64,000 bases of DNA from the IMG/VR virus record IMGVR_UViG_2974592265_000001, positions 1 through 64,000 of that record; one strand, 5' to 3'. The notes beneath the pieces were generated by a model that saw only the letters and a list, made by a program, of their open reading frames with translations, had not been told where the DNA came from and searched no databases. The DNA comes from a virus. Its lineage: Duplodnaviria > Caudoviricetes. Shown piece after piece: positions 55,569 through 64,000 of the stretch. The number at the start of each line of letters is the position of its first letter. Within the stretch, counting starts at the first letter, position 1. Made by a program: the position numbers and the translations under genes.

Positions 55569-55960
55569 TGTGGCGCTCCGAACTGGAGCAGCAGGCGGTC
55601 AAGCAGCGAGTTCAGGTCGATGTTCGGCGAGATCGACTCGGCCGCGCCGACCGCCTGAACATGCTGCAGGGCCAGCATCAGGCTGCGCAGAGGGCCTGCG
55701 TGTTCTTCCTGCATGCCGGACGGCGTCTTCTGCCCGAGCAGCGCGGTGGCCTTGTCGCGGTCCATCCAGATGACCAGACCAAACTTCTCCGGCCGCATAC
55801 CACCGCGCAGCACCGACGCGCTGTCGATGGTCATCTCGGTGGTGAAGGTCATCTCGTTGTAACCCTTGCGGGTGCGGTAGTCGCTGAGGCACTGGTCCAG
55901 CGGCTGCAGGACGGTGCCTTCGTGATCCATCAGGACCAAATTTTGTAAGCTGATTCCCAT
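55565..55960 (-). CDS. Hypothetical protein
   Basis: 131 aa, GAGG RBS. Confidence 0.55.
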   Translation of the reverse strand: MGISLQNLVLMDHEGTVLQPLDQCLSDYRTRKGYNEMTFTTEMTIDSASVLRGGMRPEKFGLVIWMDRDKATALLGQKTPSGMQEEHAGPLRSLMLALQHVQAVGAAESISPNIDLNSLLDRLLLQFGAPQ

Positions 55961-55968
55961 GAGAGACC

Positions 55969-56403
55969 TCAGATGACCAGGAGTGGGTGGGTGGTGGCTT
56001 CGTCAAAGCCCTGCTTGACCAGGTGGTCGATGGCCAGCTCGCAGGCGTCTTCATCGCTGATCGGCGTGGAGCGCAGCATCACGACGTAGACGTACACGTC
56101 CTTCATGCCTTCTTGCGGTGGGGTCGGATCAGCGAACTTGACCACCTTGGTCAGCGTGCGGTTGCCCACTTCCTGCAGGATGTAGCACTTGTGCGGGCTA
56201 CCGCTGAACTGCAGGCGGTAGACGTCCTCGAAGCCCGTGGCCGCTGCCACCCTCTTCCAGTCCTCACCAGCCTCGTCGGAAGGGTGAGCGTGCATCAGGT
56301 CACCATCGTCGTCCTTCCAGACGGTGCGATAGTCCCGGCCGCTACCACGGGAAACCCGCAGGCCCTCGGCGAGGAGGGCTTCAATTTGCGTTAAAGTCAG
56401 CAT
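55969..56403 (-). CDS. Hypothetical protein
   Basis: 144 aa from MLTLTQIEALL. Confidence 0.55.
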   Translation of the reverse strand: MLTLTQIEALLAEGLRVSRGSGRDYRTVWKDDDGDLMHAHPSDEAGEDWKRVAAATGFEDVYRLQFSGSPHKCYILQEVGNRTLTKVVKFADPTPPQEGMKDVYVYVVMLRSTPISDEDACELAIDHLVKQGFDEATTHPLLVI

Positions 56404-56944
56404 CGGTAAGTCCCGCCTTAAAGTCTGCAGCCAGTTGGTCGATAGGGTTCTGTACACCGCCTTGGGCCGTTGGTAGGCCGCGGGTGGCAATCATCTCGCG
56501 GATCAGGTGGGACTGGCCGACGTTGCCGAGGGCAGAAAGCACATTGTGTAGGGCGTGCTTGTCGACCACGCAGATGGTCTGGAAGTAGCCGTGCTTCTTC
56601 AGGCCGTTGAAGAGCGCCAGCACCTGTCGGTCCAGCATCTCTTCCTTTTTCTCGATTCGCTCGATCAGCTGATCCATCAGGACCACGTTGGGCAGCTGTT
56701 GCTCGCGGCCTTCGACCGGCAGGTACTTACGCAGGGCGTCGACCTGTTCTGGAACCAGCTCGTCACCGTTGCTCAGTCGTTGGATCAACCGGTCAGCCAG
56801 TACCCCGGAAACACCGTTCTTGTCGGCTTCCCGTCTCGACTGCAGCTCGGTACAGAGCATGATGACGTCACCCGCCCCGATGGGCTGACAGTCGGCAGCT
56901 TGCAGTACCAGGGCTTGGATGTTCTTGTCACTGAGTAGATGCAT
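56381..56944 (-). CDS. Hypothetical protein
   Basis: 187 aa, AAGGAG RBS. Confidence 0.55.
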   Translation of the reverse strand: MHLLSDKNIQALVLQAADCQPIGAGDVIMLCTELQSRREADKNGVSGVLADRLIQRLSNGDELVPEQVDALRKYLPVEGREQQLPNVVLMDQLIERIEKKEEMLDRQVLALFNGLKKHGYFQTICVVDKHALHNVLSALGNVGQSHLIREMIATRGLPTAQGGVQNPIDQLAADFKAGLTDADFNAN

Positions 56945-57524
56945 GGATGACTCCTTGTTTCACTTCACACCGGCAGCGGCTCATGTACTTCTTGACCGCC
57001 ACGTTGGCTGATTCGCTGACCGGCCGCTTACGCAGCTTGCAGGTGCAGCTGGTTTCGAAGAGGTCCCGCAGGATCTCGTTCTTGGTTTGAGGGATGGCGA
57101 AGGCTCGCATCTCGCCGTACACCTCAGCCTCCCGGCCTCGTAACTTGGGAGTCGGACCGAACCAGCCCCTGACCCCGTCAATTCCAAAGCCATGGACGAA
57201 GGTCATGTGCTCCGCTGGGATCGGTCGGCCCGACTCCAGGATCTTCCAGCCCTTCGGAGGGTCCGGCACCAGAAGGCCGTGAGGGATACCACCGCCGCGC
57301 AGGGTGCGGTAGCGGGCTCGCTCGCTGTTCCTGTCCCGTTCGCTGCCCCACACGACCCACTCCCACACCGGGCGGCCATTGCTGACCATGTTCCGGCCGA
57401 AGGACTGCTGATGCTGGCGGACCATGAGGACGCCCTTCACGTACTTCTCGTCACCGGCCTTCAGCTTGCGAGGCGGCGAGCCCCGGCGGAAGGTGTAGGT
57501 GATGCTGTCAATTCTCGGTTGCAT
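56928..57524 (-). CDS. Hypothetical basic protein
   Basis: 198 aa, GGAG RBS, C-terminal CxC...CxC. Confidence 0.55.
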   Translation of the reverse strand: MQPRIDSITYTFRRGSPPRKLKAGDEKYVKGVLMVRQHQQSFGRNMVSNGRPVWEWVVWGSERDRNSERARYRTLRGGGIPHGLLVPDPPKGWKILESGRPIPAEHMTFVHGFGIDGVRGWFGPTPKLRGREAEVYGEMRAFAIPQTKNEILRDLFETSCTCKLRKRPVSESANVAVKKYMSRCRCEVKQGVIHASTQ

Positions 57525-57780
57525 CTATTTTCTCCCTCATGGGGGCCAGGTGGCTGATGTTGAAATCCAGTTGATGCAGGTCAGCCTTTATGCACTCCGC
57601 CTTTTCCTTGAGTACACGCTTGGCGCCTTGCAACGCCACGGCATGGAACTCAGGGCGCACGGAGCCCATGACCTGGACACTCATCTGGCCGTCCAGCTGC
57701 ACCGTCCAATACAGCTGGCACAGTTGCGCCCACTCATAGAGGAGCTCTTGGATCTTGGTGTGCTGCTCGAAACTAATCAT
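57508..57780 (-). CDS. Hypothetical protein
   Basis: 90 aa from MISFEQH, AAGGAG RBS. Confidence 0.5.
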   Translation of the reverse strand: MISFEQHTKIQELLYEWAQLCQLYWTVQLDGQMSVQVMGSVRPEFHAVALQGAKRVLKEKAECIKADLHQLDFNISHLAPMREKIDATEN

Positions 57781-57997
57781 CCGCGGGCTCCTTGGGCTTG
57801 CCACATTCAGCGCAGAAGACATGGCCGGTGCCAGAGTGGCCCAGCCATGTAGGGTGCAGGCAGAACGCTTGGATCAGCTGCTCCGCCGCCTTGTACACGT
57901 AGGGGTTCAAGTCCATGGTGCCGTCGCCCTGGCGCTTTAGTTTGAAACCCGCTGCCACACAGATGCGCTTGACCTGATCGTTATTCAGCCGTGACAT
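57773..57997 (-). CDS. Hypothetical protein with C-terminal CxxC
   Basis: GFKLKRQGDGTMDLNPYVYKAA motif recurrent in phage small ORFs. Confidence 0.6.
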   Translation of the reverse strand: MSRLNNDQVKRICVAAGFKLKRQGDGTMDLNPYVYKAAEQLIQAFCLHPTWLGHSGTGHVFCAECGKPKEPADD

Positions 57998-58322
57998 CGG
58001 CGGCCTCCTTCACTGGCAAGGTGCGGATGAAGCGACCAGCCACGGTGACGTCGCGCTTCTTCAGTTTCGACGTCACCCGGTACTTGTCAGCGCGCTCGTC
58101 GTACATGACGACACGGCCCTTGTCCTGCTCCAGGCCGATCGACCAGCTGACCACCTGGCCGACTTCAATGTCCGGCACCGGCAGGCCGCCGTTGCGCAGG
58201 GCGATGTCGATGGCCTTGTTCAGGTTCTTCGCTGACAGGCTGAACGTCTCAGGCGGCAGCTTCATCAGGATGGCCAGCTGGGCTTCCGTGAGGACCTGGC
58301 CCTTGAAGATCATTTCGTGCAT
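57981..58322 (-). CDS. Hypothetical protein (C-terminal SH3-like)
   Basis: 113 aa from MHEMIFKGQ, GGAGG RBS. Confidence 0.55.
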   Translation of the reverse strand: MHEMIFKGQVLTEAQLAILMKLPPETFSLSAKNLNKAIDIALRNGGLPVPDIEVGQVVSWSIGLEQDKGRVVMYDERADKYRVTSKLKKRDVTVAGRFIRTLPVKEAADVTAE

Positions 58323-58948
58323 GGCGCCTCCAGAGGTGCTGGGATGCACTCGGTGCAAGCGATCTCGATCGGCTGCCCTTCGTGATCCTTGTCGGTGGTG
58401 GTCAGGACCCGGCTGTCTTCACAGGCCAGGCAGTGGTTGGAGGAGGGGAGGACGACCGGGATATGCACGCCGTCCAGCTTGTCCGTGGTCAGAGCAGCGG
58501 ACTTGGTGAATTCTGCCTGAAGTACCTGATGGGTCTCAGAGAGCTTTTCCATGTCGACACCCTTGATCCCGGCTGCCTTGGCGACCTGAATCTGCGCCCC
58601 GACCAGGGCATCAAGGAACATGTAGGCACCGGCCTTCTTGTAGACCAGATGGTGCAGCGCTGCCAGGGCCAGCTTCTTCACGTCACGGGAGGTCAGCCTG
58701 ACCACCGAGTCCGTGGTCAGCGGATGCCGGCTGTTCGGGTGCAGCAGTACCGCCTTGATGTCGAAGCCGGTGCCGAGTTCGCTGATCGCCAGCGGCGCCT
58801 GGAACCCTTTGGCGTGGCCGGCTGCGGTGTGCAGGGCGAACTTCAGTTTCGCCCCGAGAATTTCTTGCTCCCACTCATAAAAGAGGGGCGCGTCTACCAG
58901 GCCCGCTAGGGTGCGGACCTGCACTGTACCTTTGGCTTTCATACCCAC
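58310..58948 (-). CDS. Hypothetical protein with C-terminal CxxC...CxxC
   Basis: 212 aa, AAGGAG RBS. Confidence 0.55.
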   Translation of the reverse strand: MGMKAKGTVQVRTLAGLVDAPLFYEWEQEILGAKLKFALHTAAGHAKGFQAPLAISELGTGFDIKAVLLHPNSRHPLTTDSVVRLTSRDVKKLALAALHHLVYKKAGAYMFLDALVGAQIQVAKAAGIKGVDMEKLSETHQVLQAEFTKSAALTTDKLDGVHIPVVLPSSNHCLACEDSRVLTTTDKDHEGQPIEIACTECIPAPLEAPCTK

Positions 58949-59376
58949 TCCTTGCTATCCATCCAGCGATTTATGTCGTACTTCATGCTCGGCAGCACCT
59001 TGGGGTCGTCGAGCGCTTCCGCCATCCACTTCCCGACAAAGGCATCCTCCGGGGTGGCGACGGCGGTCTTGTGTCGTAGGCCGACGATCTCGGCCTTGGT
59101 CACGCGGCTGCGATTGATCTTGCGGTTGTCGATGACGCCCTGCCAGCTCTCACGGACGTCCATGGCTTCATCCAGGTCGTTGGCCCGGCCGAATTCCTTG
59201 GTGCCGTTGGCGCGGGTCAGCTGCACCCCGAGCAGCTCGTCGATCTCGACGTTGCACACCGCTGACTGGCCGTGCCACCAGTCAGCGTGCTTCTTGGCTT
59301 GGTCGATGGTCTCGAAGCGTTCGTCGAGGCCAGGCAGGTTGCCGTTGGTGTTGTTGGCGATTACTCGAAATTGCAT
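58939..59376 (-). CDS. Hypothetical protein
   Basis: 145 aa; C-terminal WMAEALDDPKV..MKYDINRW. Confidence 0.55.
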   Translation of the reverse strand: MQFRVIANNTNGNLPGLDERFETIDQAKKHADWWHGQSAVCNVEIDELLGVQLTRANGTKEFGRANDLDEAMDVRESWQGVIDNRKINRSRVTKAEIVGLRHKTAVATPEDAFVGKWMAEALDDPKVLPSMKYDINRWMDSKEWV

Positions 59377-59834
59377 GCGTCCCCATCCTTGATTGCTACG
59401 TTGAGTTCTTCGCTGTGGAACACGAGGCCAGCGACGTCGAGCTGGGCGCCGTCACTGGTCAGGCTGGTGGAAACTTCCACCAAGGTGTCCATCAGCGCGC
59501 TGCGAGCGGCCTCGGCGTCCATCCCCTCGATGTTCACCTTGCCCCGCAGGATCAGGTGGTACTCAAGGTGCTTGTCGCCACCCTCCGGCTGGCAGACCGG
59601 CGCTGCCACCGCTTTCCATGGCAGGCCGTGGCCCGGGTTACCGTGTTCCAGGCAGTCGCTGCTGACGCAGTTGCCTTCCGGGTCGACCTGAATCGGGCCG
59701 CAGCCCTCACACAGGGCTGACGCTGCCAGCCCCTTGTCCCAGTCTTCTTGGGTGGTCAACCCCTTGAGGTCGTTGTTTTCAGCGGCGAACGCACCGAACA
59801 TCTGTTCGCTACACGCCTTGCAAAAGTCTGCCAT
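59361..59834 (-). CDS. Hypothetical Cys-rich protein
   Basis: MADFCKACS...NDLKGL...LCEGCGPIQVDPEGNC Zn-binding pattern. Confidence 0.6.
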   Translation of the reverse strand: MADFCKACSEQMFGAFAAENNDLKGLTTQEDWDKGLAASALCEGCGPIQVDPEGNCVSSDCLEHGNPGHGLPWKAVAAPVCQPEGGDKHLEYHLILRGKVNIEGMDAEAARSALMDTLVEVSTSLTSDGAQLDVAGLVFHSEELNVAIKDGDACNFE

Positions 59835-62800
59835 TTACGCGGTCTCCGCCATGTCACGCTCAAGTGCCCAGCGTGGGATGTTTGCTGATACCAGTGCCCG
59901 GGCCAGACCCGGCGGCACTGAGTTGCCGACCATGCGAACTTGTGCATGCTTCGGAAGTTTTTTGCCCATCACCACCTCGTGCTGGTAGTCAGCCGGGAAA
60001 CCCTGGCAGCGGTACAGCTCGTGCGGTTCCAGCATTCGCATGCCGATGTCGACGATCTGGTACTCCTGACCCTTGAAGGTCACCAGACCGAAGCGCGCCT
60101 TGCTGGTGATGGTGTCCAGCGGCTCGTCGCAGCTGACTGCGCCGCCGGTGCCGTAGAACTTGATCAGGAAGGCCTGCACCGCGGCGTAGTGGTTGCCTTG
60201 GGCACCGATGGTGTCCAGTGGGCGGTCCAGGGACTGGCCGTGCTGGCAGGTACCTTTCAGTTTCACCAAGCTGCTGGCGACCAGTGCCGACTTGCCTCCG
60301 CCGCCGGCGGTGATCACCCCCAGTGGTTCATCGGCGGCGTGGCCGACGCTGTTGCCGAAGTCGCGCTGGATGTGGGCAGCGTGGATCGCCTCGTCCAGAT
60401 CGTGCTCGACCTCTGTGGGAGCGAGCGTGGCTTCCATCACCGCGTTGTGATCCGTGGCGGTGATGGTCGGCAGCGGCTTGTCCAGGGTCTGGCCTACAAC
60501 CCCGGTGTAGTGCTTGAGCAGCGCTGCCACTTGGATGTGGCGGGCCTTGCTGACCACGGTGGACAGCGGCTGATCCAGCGACTGTGAGGTGTCCTTGGTG
60601 CTGGTGTGGTCGATGGTGGCGACGAAGCTGGCCTGTACCGGCTCCAGTTGCGCTTGCAGGACACCCAGTGCATGAGGTGCTCCAGCAGGTCGGGCGGCAC
60701 CACCACCGGCTGTGATGGTCGGCAGCGGGGCGTTGCAGCTGGTGCCGCCGGACTCACCGCGGAACTTCATGATGGCAGCGGCGGACTGCAGCTCGGCTTC
60801 CACCAGGGCGAAGCGGGTGGCGCCGGCCATCACGGTGTCCAGCGGGGCGTTGGCCGACTGGCCGATGCTGTTCTGGTTGAACTTGCTCAGCGAGACGGCG
60901 GCCAGGCCGGTGCCGTGCTTGCTGGTCAGCGTAGCAATCGGATCGTCCAGTGACTGGCCACGGAAGTCGCTGCCGCCGTGGTTGGTCTTCACCAGAAACG
61001 CCTCGTCCCCGGCGCCGATCACGAACTTCTCGATGCCCTTGAAGATCCGCGCCATGGTCTTGTCAGCCAGCGGCTTCTTGCGGTCGAAGATCGACGGGCA
61101 AGCCAGGCTGAAGTCGAGGTTGTCACCGGCGGTCTTCCACGGCTGCAGCTTGCCCGGGTTGGCCTTCAGGAACTTCTTGTCAGCGTGGGTCGGCTCCGGC
61201 CAGATGATGGGCAGCCCGTCCTTGCGGGCCATCAGGAAGAAGCGGTTGCGGGTGGTGGGGTCGCCGTAGTCACAGGCGTTCAGGCCCTTTTCCTTCCACT
61301 CGACGGTGTAGCCAGCAGCGCGCAGCTGCTTGACGAACTGCTTGAAGGTCTGGCCGGCGCGCTTCTTGTCCGGCACCAGCGCCTGCTCCCAGTAAGGAAC
61401 GTACTCACCGGGCTCGCTGACCACCTCGTTCATCACCGGGTCTCCGTTCTTGTCCTTCTTCACCGGATCCGCGACCAGCTTGATGACCCGCTTGGTGGTC
61501 TTGCAGCGCTTGGCAATCAGCGGACCCCAGGTCAGGAATTCCTTCACGTTCTCCATGAAGACCATGGCCATGTCCGCCTGGCCGACCCACTTCTTGACGA
61601 TCCAGGCCAAGCCGCGAATCGCCTTCTTCACCGGCTTGCCACCCTTGGCCACCGAAAAGTGGGTGCAGTTATGGACGACGATGCCTTCCACGACATAGCT
61701 CTCGTCGTCTTCAACGGAGAGGTTGAACACCTGGACAGGTTCGTCCAGTTCGGTTACTTCTTTGACCGCTCCCCATTCCATACCCTCGTCACGCCACGAC
61801 TGTTGGTGTGCCGCGTCAACCTCGTTGCGCCACCGAACTGACCAGATAGGCTGACAAGTGACATCACGGCCTTCAATCTGGTTAACGGCGCGTGGCTTGG
61901 CCTTGTACACCAGAACGCTTTTGCCCAGTGAACTGGCCAACGCCTTGATGCCGAAGATCAGCTTCTTGCCCACGCTGTCCGCCTGCCATAGCCCGTCACG
62001 GAAGTACCCGTCGGCTTCCATGTACCCGTCGAGGAATCGCTGACGGCATGTTTCGTCCAGACCCAGTAGCCAGGCTGGGACTGCCTTGTTCTCGGCGCGG
62101 TGGCCGACATTGTCGCGTAGCCACTCGACCAGACCTTTGTGATTGGTGGACAGCTGAGTTGCAGTGCGTGTGTTGCGGCGGTGCCAGGCCAGCTCGTTGT
62201 ACCCACAGCGTCCGCCGCTCACCGGGCACCAGTGACGCAGCTTTGACACCAGTCCGTCTGCCTTGTCGTTGTGAGTGGTAAGGACCAGTTCAGCGCGCTC
62301 ATTGCCGAGGCGGCTCCAGCCGTTCCCTGCGTAGTAGCCTGCTAGCCATAACAACTCGTGGCTAATTTCCATACCCCGACCACCCACCTGAGGAATGCTC
62401 AAGTTGCTGGTGCTGAAGTCTGTTGGCGTGGCCCAGTAGTCGTTCCGGGTCAGCTGTCCGGCGGTTATCCACTCTGACGTCTCCGCCTTCTTGCCGCGGC
62501 GAACGTAGAATGGGTGCTCACTGCTGACCTGCAAGCCTGGGTGGCCATAACCGCGGATCTGCAGCAACGGCTTCACCGCGGTCATCACCTTGGTGACTTT
62601 CTTCCAGCGGTTGTTGTGGGTCCACACCAGCTGGCCTACAGCGACGTTGTCGATGGCTTGGTAGCCCTCACTGGTCAGCACCAGGGTGCTCGCAGGGAAG
62701 CAGTCCGGACTGAACCAGCCCATCAGGGCGGGCTGGCCGTTCAATGCTTCGGGGATGTTGATGTCCCACACCGACTCGTTGTAGTGCTTGGTGGTGGGGT

Positions 62801-62999
62801 GGTTCTGCTCGTGCATCATCAGCGCTTCAGCGTTGTGATTGACGGCGATGTCAGGGGAGAAGCCGAGGCCTTGGGCGATACCGGTAGAGGCACCGCCGCC
62901 ACCGGCGAAGTTGTCGGCGACCAGGCCGCCGAGCCAGCGGTAGTTGGCAGGCATGGGGTACGAGTTGATGTCACGCATCAAGAAATCCTTAGGCGCCAC
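59835..62999 (-). CDS. DNA (cytosine-5) methyltransferase containing an intein
   Basis: FAGGGG (I), SPD[intein]C (IV), MENVKEF (VI), TTRNRF (VIII), QGFP and VGNSVPP (IX-X). Confidence 0.93.
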   Translation of the reverse strand: MAPKDFLMRDINSYPMPANYRWLGGLVADNFAGGGGASTGIAQGLGFSPDIAVNHNAEALMMHEQNHPTTKHYNESVWDINIPEALNGQPALMGWFSPDCFPASTLVLTSEGYQAIDNVAVGQLVWTHNNRWKKVTKVMTAVKPLLQIRGYGHPGLQVSSEHPFYVRRGKKAETSEWITAGQLTRNDYWATPTDFSTSNLSIPQVGGRGMEISHELLWLAGYYAGNGWSRLGNERAELVLTTHNDKADGLVSKLRHWCPVSGGRCGYNELAWHRRNTRTATQLSTNHKGLVEWLRDNVGHRAENKAVPAWLLGLDETCRQRFLDGYMEADGYFRDGLWQADSVGKKLIFGIKALASSLGKSVLVYKAKPRAVNQIEGRDVTCQPIWSVRWRNEVDAAHQQSWRDEGMEWGAVKEVTELDEPVQVFNLSVEDDESYVVEGIVVHNCTHFSVAKGGKPVKKAIRGLAWIVKKWVGQADMAMVFMENVKEFLTWGPLIAKRCKTTKRVIKLVADPVKKDKNGDPVMNEVVSEPGEYVPYWEQALVPDKKRAGQTFKQFVKQLRAAGYTVEWKEKGLNACDYGDPTTRNRFFLMARKDGLPIIWPEPTHADKKFLKANPGKLQPWKTAGDNLDFSLACPSIFDRKKPLADKTMARIFKGIEKFVIGAGDEAFLVKTNHGGSDFRGQSLDDPIATLTSKHGTGLAAVSLSKFNQNSIGQSANAPLDTVMAGATRFALVEAELQSAAAIMKFRGESGGTSCNAPLPTITAGGGAARPAGAPHALGVLQAQLEPVQASFVATIDHTSTKDTSQSLDQPLSTVVSKARHIQVAALLKHYTGVVGQTLDKPLPTITATDHNAVMEATLAPTEVEHDLDEAIHAAHIQRDFGNSVGHAADEPLGVITAGGGGKSALVASSLVKLKGTCQHGQSLDRPLDTIGAQGNHYAAVQAFLIKFYGTGGAVSCDEPLDTITSKARFGLVTFKGQEYQIVDIGMRMLEPHELYRCQGFPADYQHEVVMGKKLPKHAQVRMVGNSVPPGLARALVSANIPRWALERDMAETA
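61668..62702 (-). mobile_element. Intein (345 aa) with LAGLIDADG homing endonuclease
   Basis: Starts CFPASTLV (block A), ends VFNLSVEDDESYVVEGIVVHN followed by C; LAGYYAGNG and FLDGYMEADG blocks; codon use differs from the flanking gene. Confidence 0.93.
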
Positions 63000-63020
63000 G
63001 GGGCGTCCTTGTCGTGTGGG

Positions 63021-63494
63021 TTACAGGCCGGACTCTTTGAGCCAGACAATTACTACTTCACGGATTACTTCTTCACTACATGGGTACTCAAGCAGTATTT
63101 CCACCAGCATGTCAGCCAACGACCCTCTGGCTGTACTCTCCAGCCGATCCAGCCAGGCTGCCCCGTCGAAGTCGTCAGGTGCCTGGCGGTGCATCTGGGC
63201 CACAAACTCCAGCGCCTTCATGGCCGCCGGGTAGAACAAACCGATCTCACCTACGTCGACCCGGAAGACCTCGCCTTCTGGCAGACGGTCTTCCATCTCG
63301 TTGCACGCTGACAGAGCCGTAATCAGGATCACTTTGTCGATGTCATCGACCTTGCATTGGTTATGGATCACGCTGCACCTCATTGTTTCAGGCACGCAGA
63401 TACCTCGCCAAGTGGCGAAGTATCCTATGCGAGGGATTTGATTGCTAGGGATTATTTCTAGGTCAATCGTCTTCGGGGTCTTGCCCGTCGTCAA
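63021..63494 (-). CDS. Hypothetical protein
   Basis: 157 aa, lower-GC codon use. Confidence 0.45.
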   Translation of the reverse strand: MTTGKTPKTIDLEIIPSNQIPRIGYFATWRGICVPETMRCSVIHNQCKVDDIDKVILITALSACNEMEDRLPEGEVFRVDVGEIGLFYPAAMKALEFVAQMHRQAPDDFDGAAWLDRLESTARGSLADMLVEILLEYPCSEEVIREVVIVWLKESGL

Positions 63495-63678
63495 TCATGC
63501 TGAAGAAGCCGCACTTGTTGCCGTTGACGTCGCGCACCGGGGTGTTGCCTTCGGGGAAGTCCCCGTCCTCGATGCGCTTGGCCACTTCCCGCAGGATGCG
63601 GGCAATTTCGGTGGCAGGCTCGTCGGCAAAGGCCGCGTTGTTGTTGCTGTCGATGCTGAAGTGAATGCTGACGGTCAT
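63463..63678 (-). CDS. Hypothetical protein
   Basis: NAAFAD...EIARILREVAKRIEDG...VRDVNGNKCG motif common in phage early ORFs; GGAG RBS. Confidence 0.65.
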   Translation of the reverse strand: MTVSIHFSIDSNNNAAFADEPATEIARILREVAKRIEDGDFPEGNTPVRDVNGNKCGFFSMIDDGQDPEDD

Positions 63679-63730
63679 AGCCGACTCCAAGGTATTTTGT
63701 CTTCACGCGGGGGCGCTGCAGGTCCCGAGC

Positions 63731-63982
63731 TCAATTGCTACTCGCTCGGTATTCATCACAGGCTTCCATCAGTTTTTCAAAGGCCTTGTACACGTTGCCG
63801 TCGTACACCTGGGCCGGGTGAACGGTGATGCCGGAGGTCCGGCTTATCCACACCACCATGGACATCTCGCCCGACTCAGCGTGCTTGACGTAGGCGCTGA
63901 CCACGGTGGACGGATCGAACATGCAGCCATCACCCAGCCGCACCAGCGGCGTCTTGACTACCGAGGCGGGTTGGCTGCCCAT
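63731..63982 (-). CDS. Hypothetical protein
   Basis: 83 aa ORF at window edge; start may lie outside. Confidence 0.45.
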   Translation of the reverse strand: MGSQPASVVKTPLVRLGDGCMFDPSTVVSAYVKHAESGEMSMVVWISRTSGITVHPAQVYDGNVYKAFEKLMEACDEYRASSN

Positions 63983-64000
63983 CCGGCTCTTCGGAGTGGT

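Noticed and set aside
29341-63828. Long + strand ORFs opposite the replication arm (e.g. 35102-36259, 49967-51322, 51715-53058)
   Set aside because: Same antisense-shadow artefact; the - strand frames carry the recognisable motifs
1-64000. tRNA, rRNA, integrase/att site, CI-like repressor
   Set aside because: None recognisable by eye; they may lie outside the window

Overview
This is about 64 kb of a tailed dsDNA phage (lambda-like siphovirus tail). GC-rich codon use, a GH19 endolysin and a Pseudomonas-type parS site point to a Pseudomonas-like host (inference). The window has two convergent arms. On the + strand (1-29278) lie the large terminase, portal, S49 protease/scaffold, decoration protein, major capsid, neck/tail genes, a frameshifting tail chaperone, the tape measure protein, a lambda M/L/K/I/J-like tail tip with a 2505-aa multi-domain J protein, and a holin-holin-endolysin-Rz/Rz1 lysis cassette. 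On the - strand (29347-64000) lie SbcCD-like nucleases, two MazG-like proteins, an ATP-dependent ligase, a RecU-like resolvase, dNMP kinase, two DEDD exonucleases, a full Pol I-like DNA polymerase, ThyX, a TerB-like protein, an SNF2-like helicase, a TraR/DksA zinc finger, an AEP primase-helicase, a Dda-like helicase, Nmad5, many small unknown ORFs and an intein-interrupted C5 DNA methyltransferase. No integrase, repressor, parAB, tRNA, rRNA or CRISPR was recognised. Highlights: (1) a perfect host-chromosome-type parS palindrome exactly where the two arms converge; (2) a 126-aa stand-alone PolA motif A + O-helix ('fingers') mini-protein coupled to Nmad5; (3) a recurring intergenic palindrome CGCTA-N2-TAGCG that looks like a phage operator network; (4) an intein inserted at the methyltransferase catalytic Cys. 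All calls were made by eye from motifs; no database searches were run.
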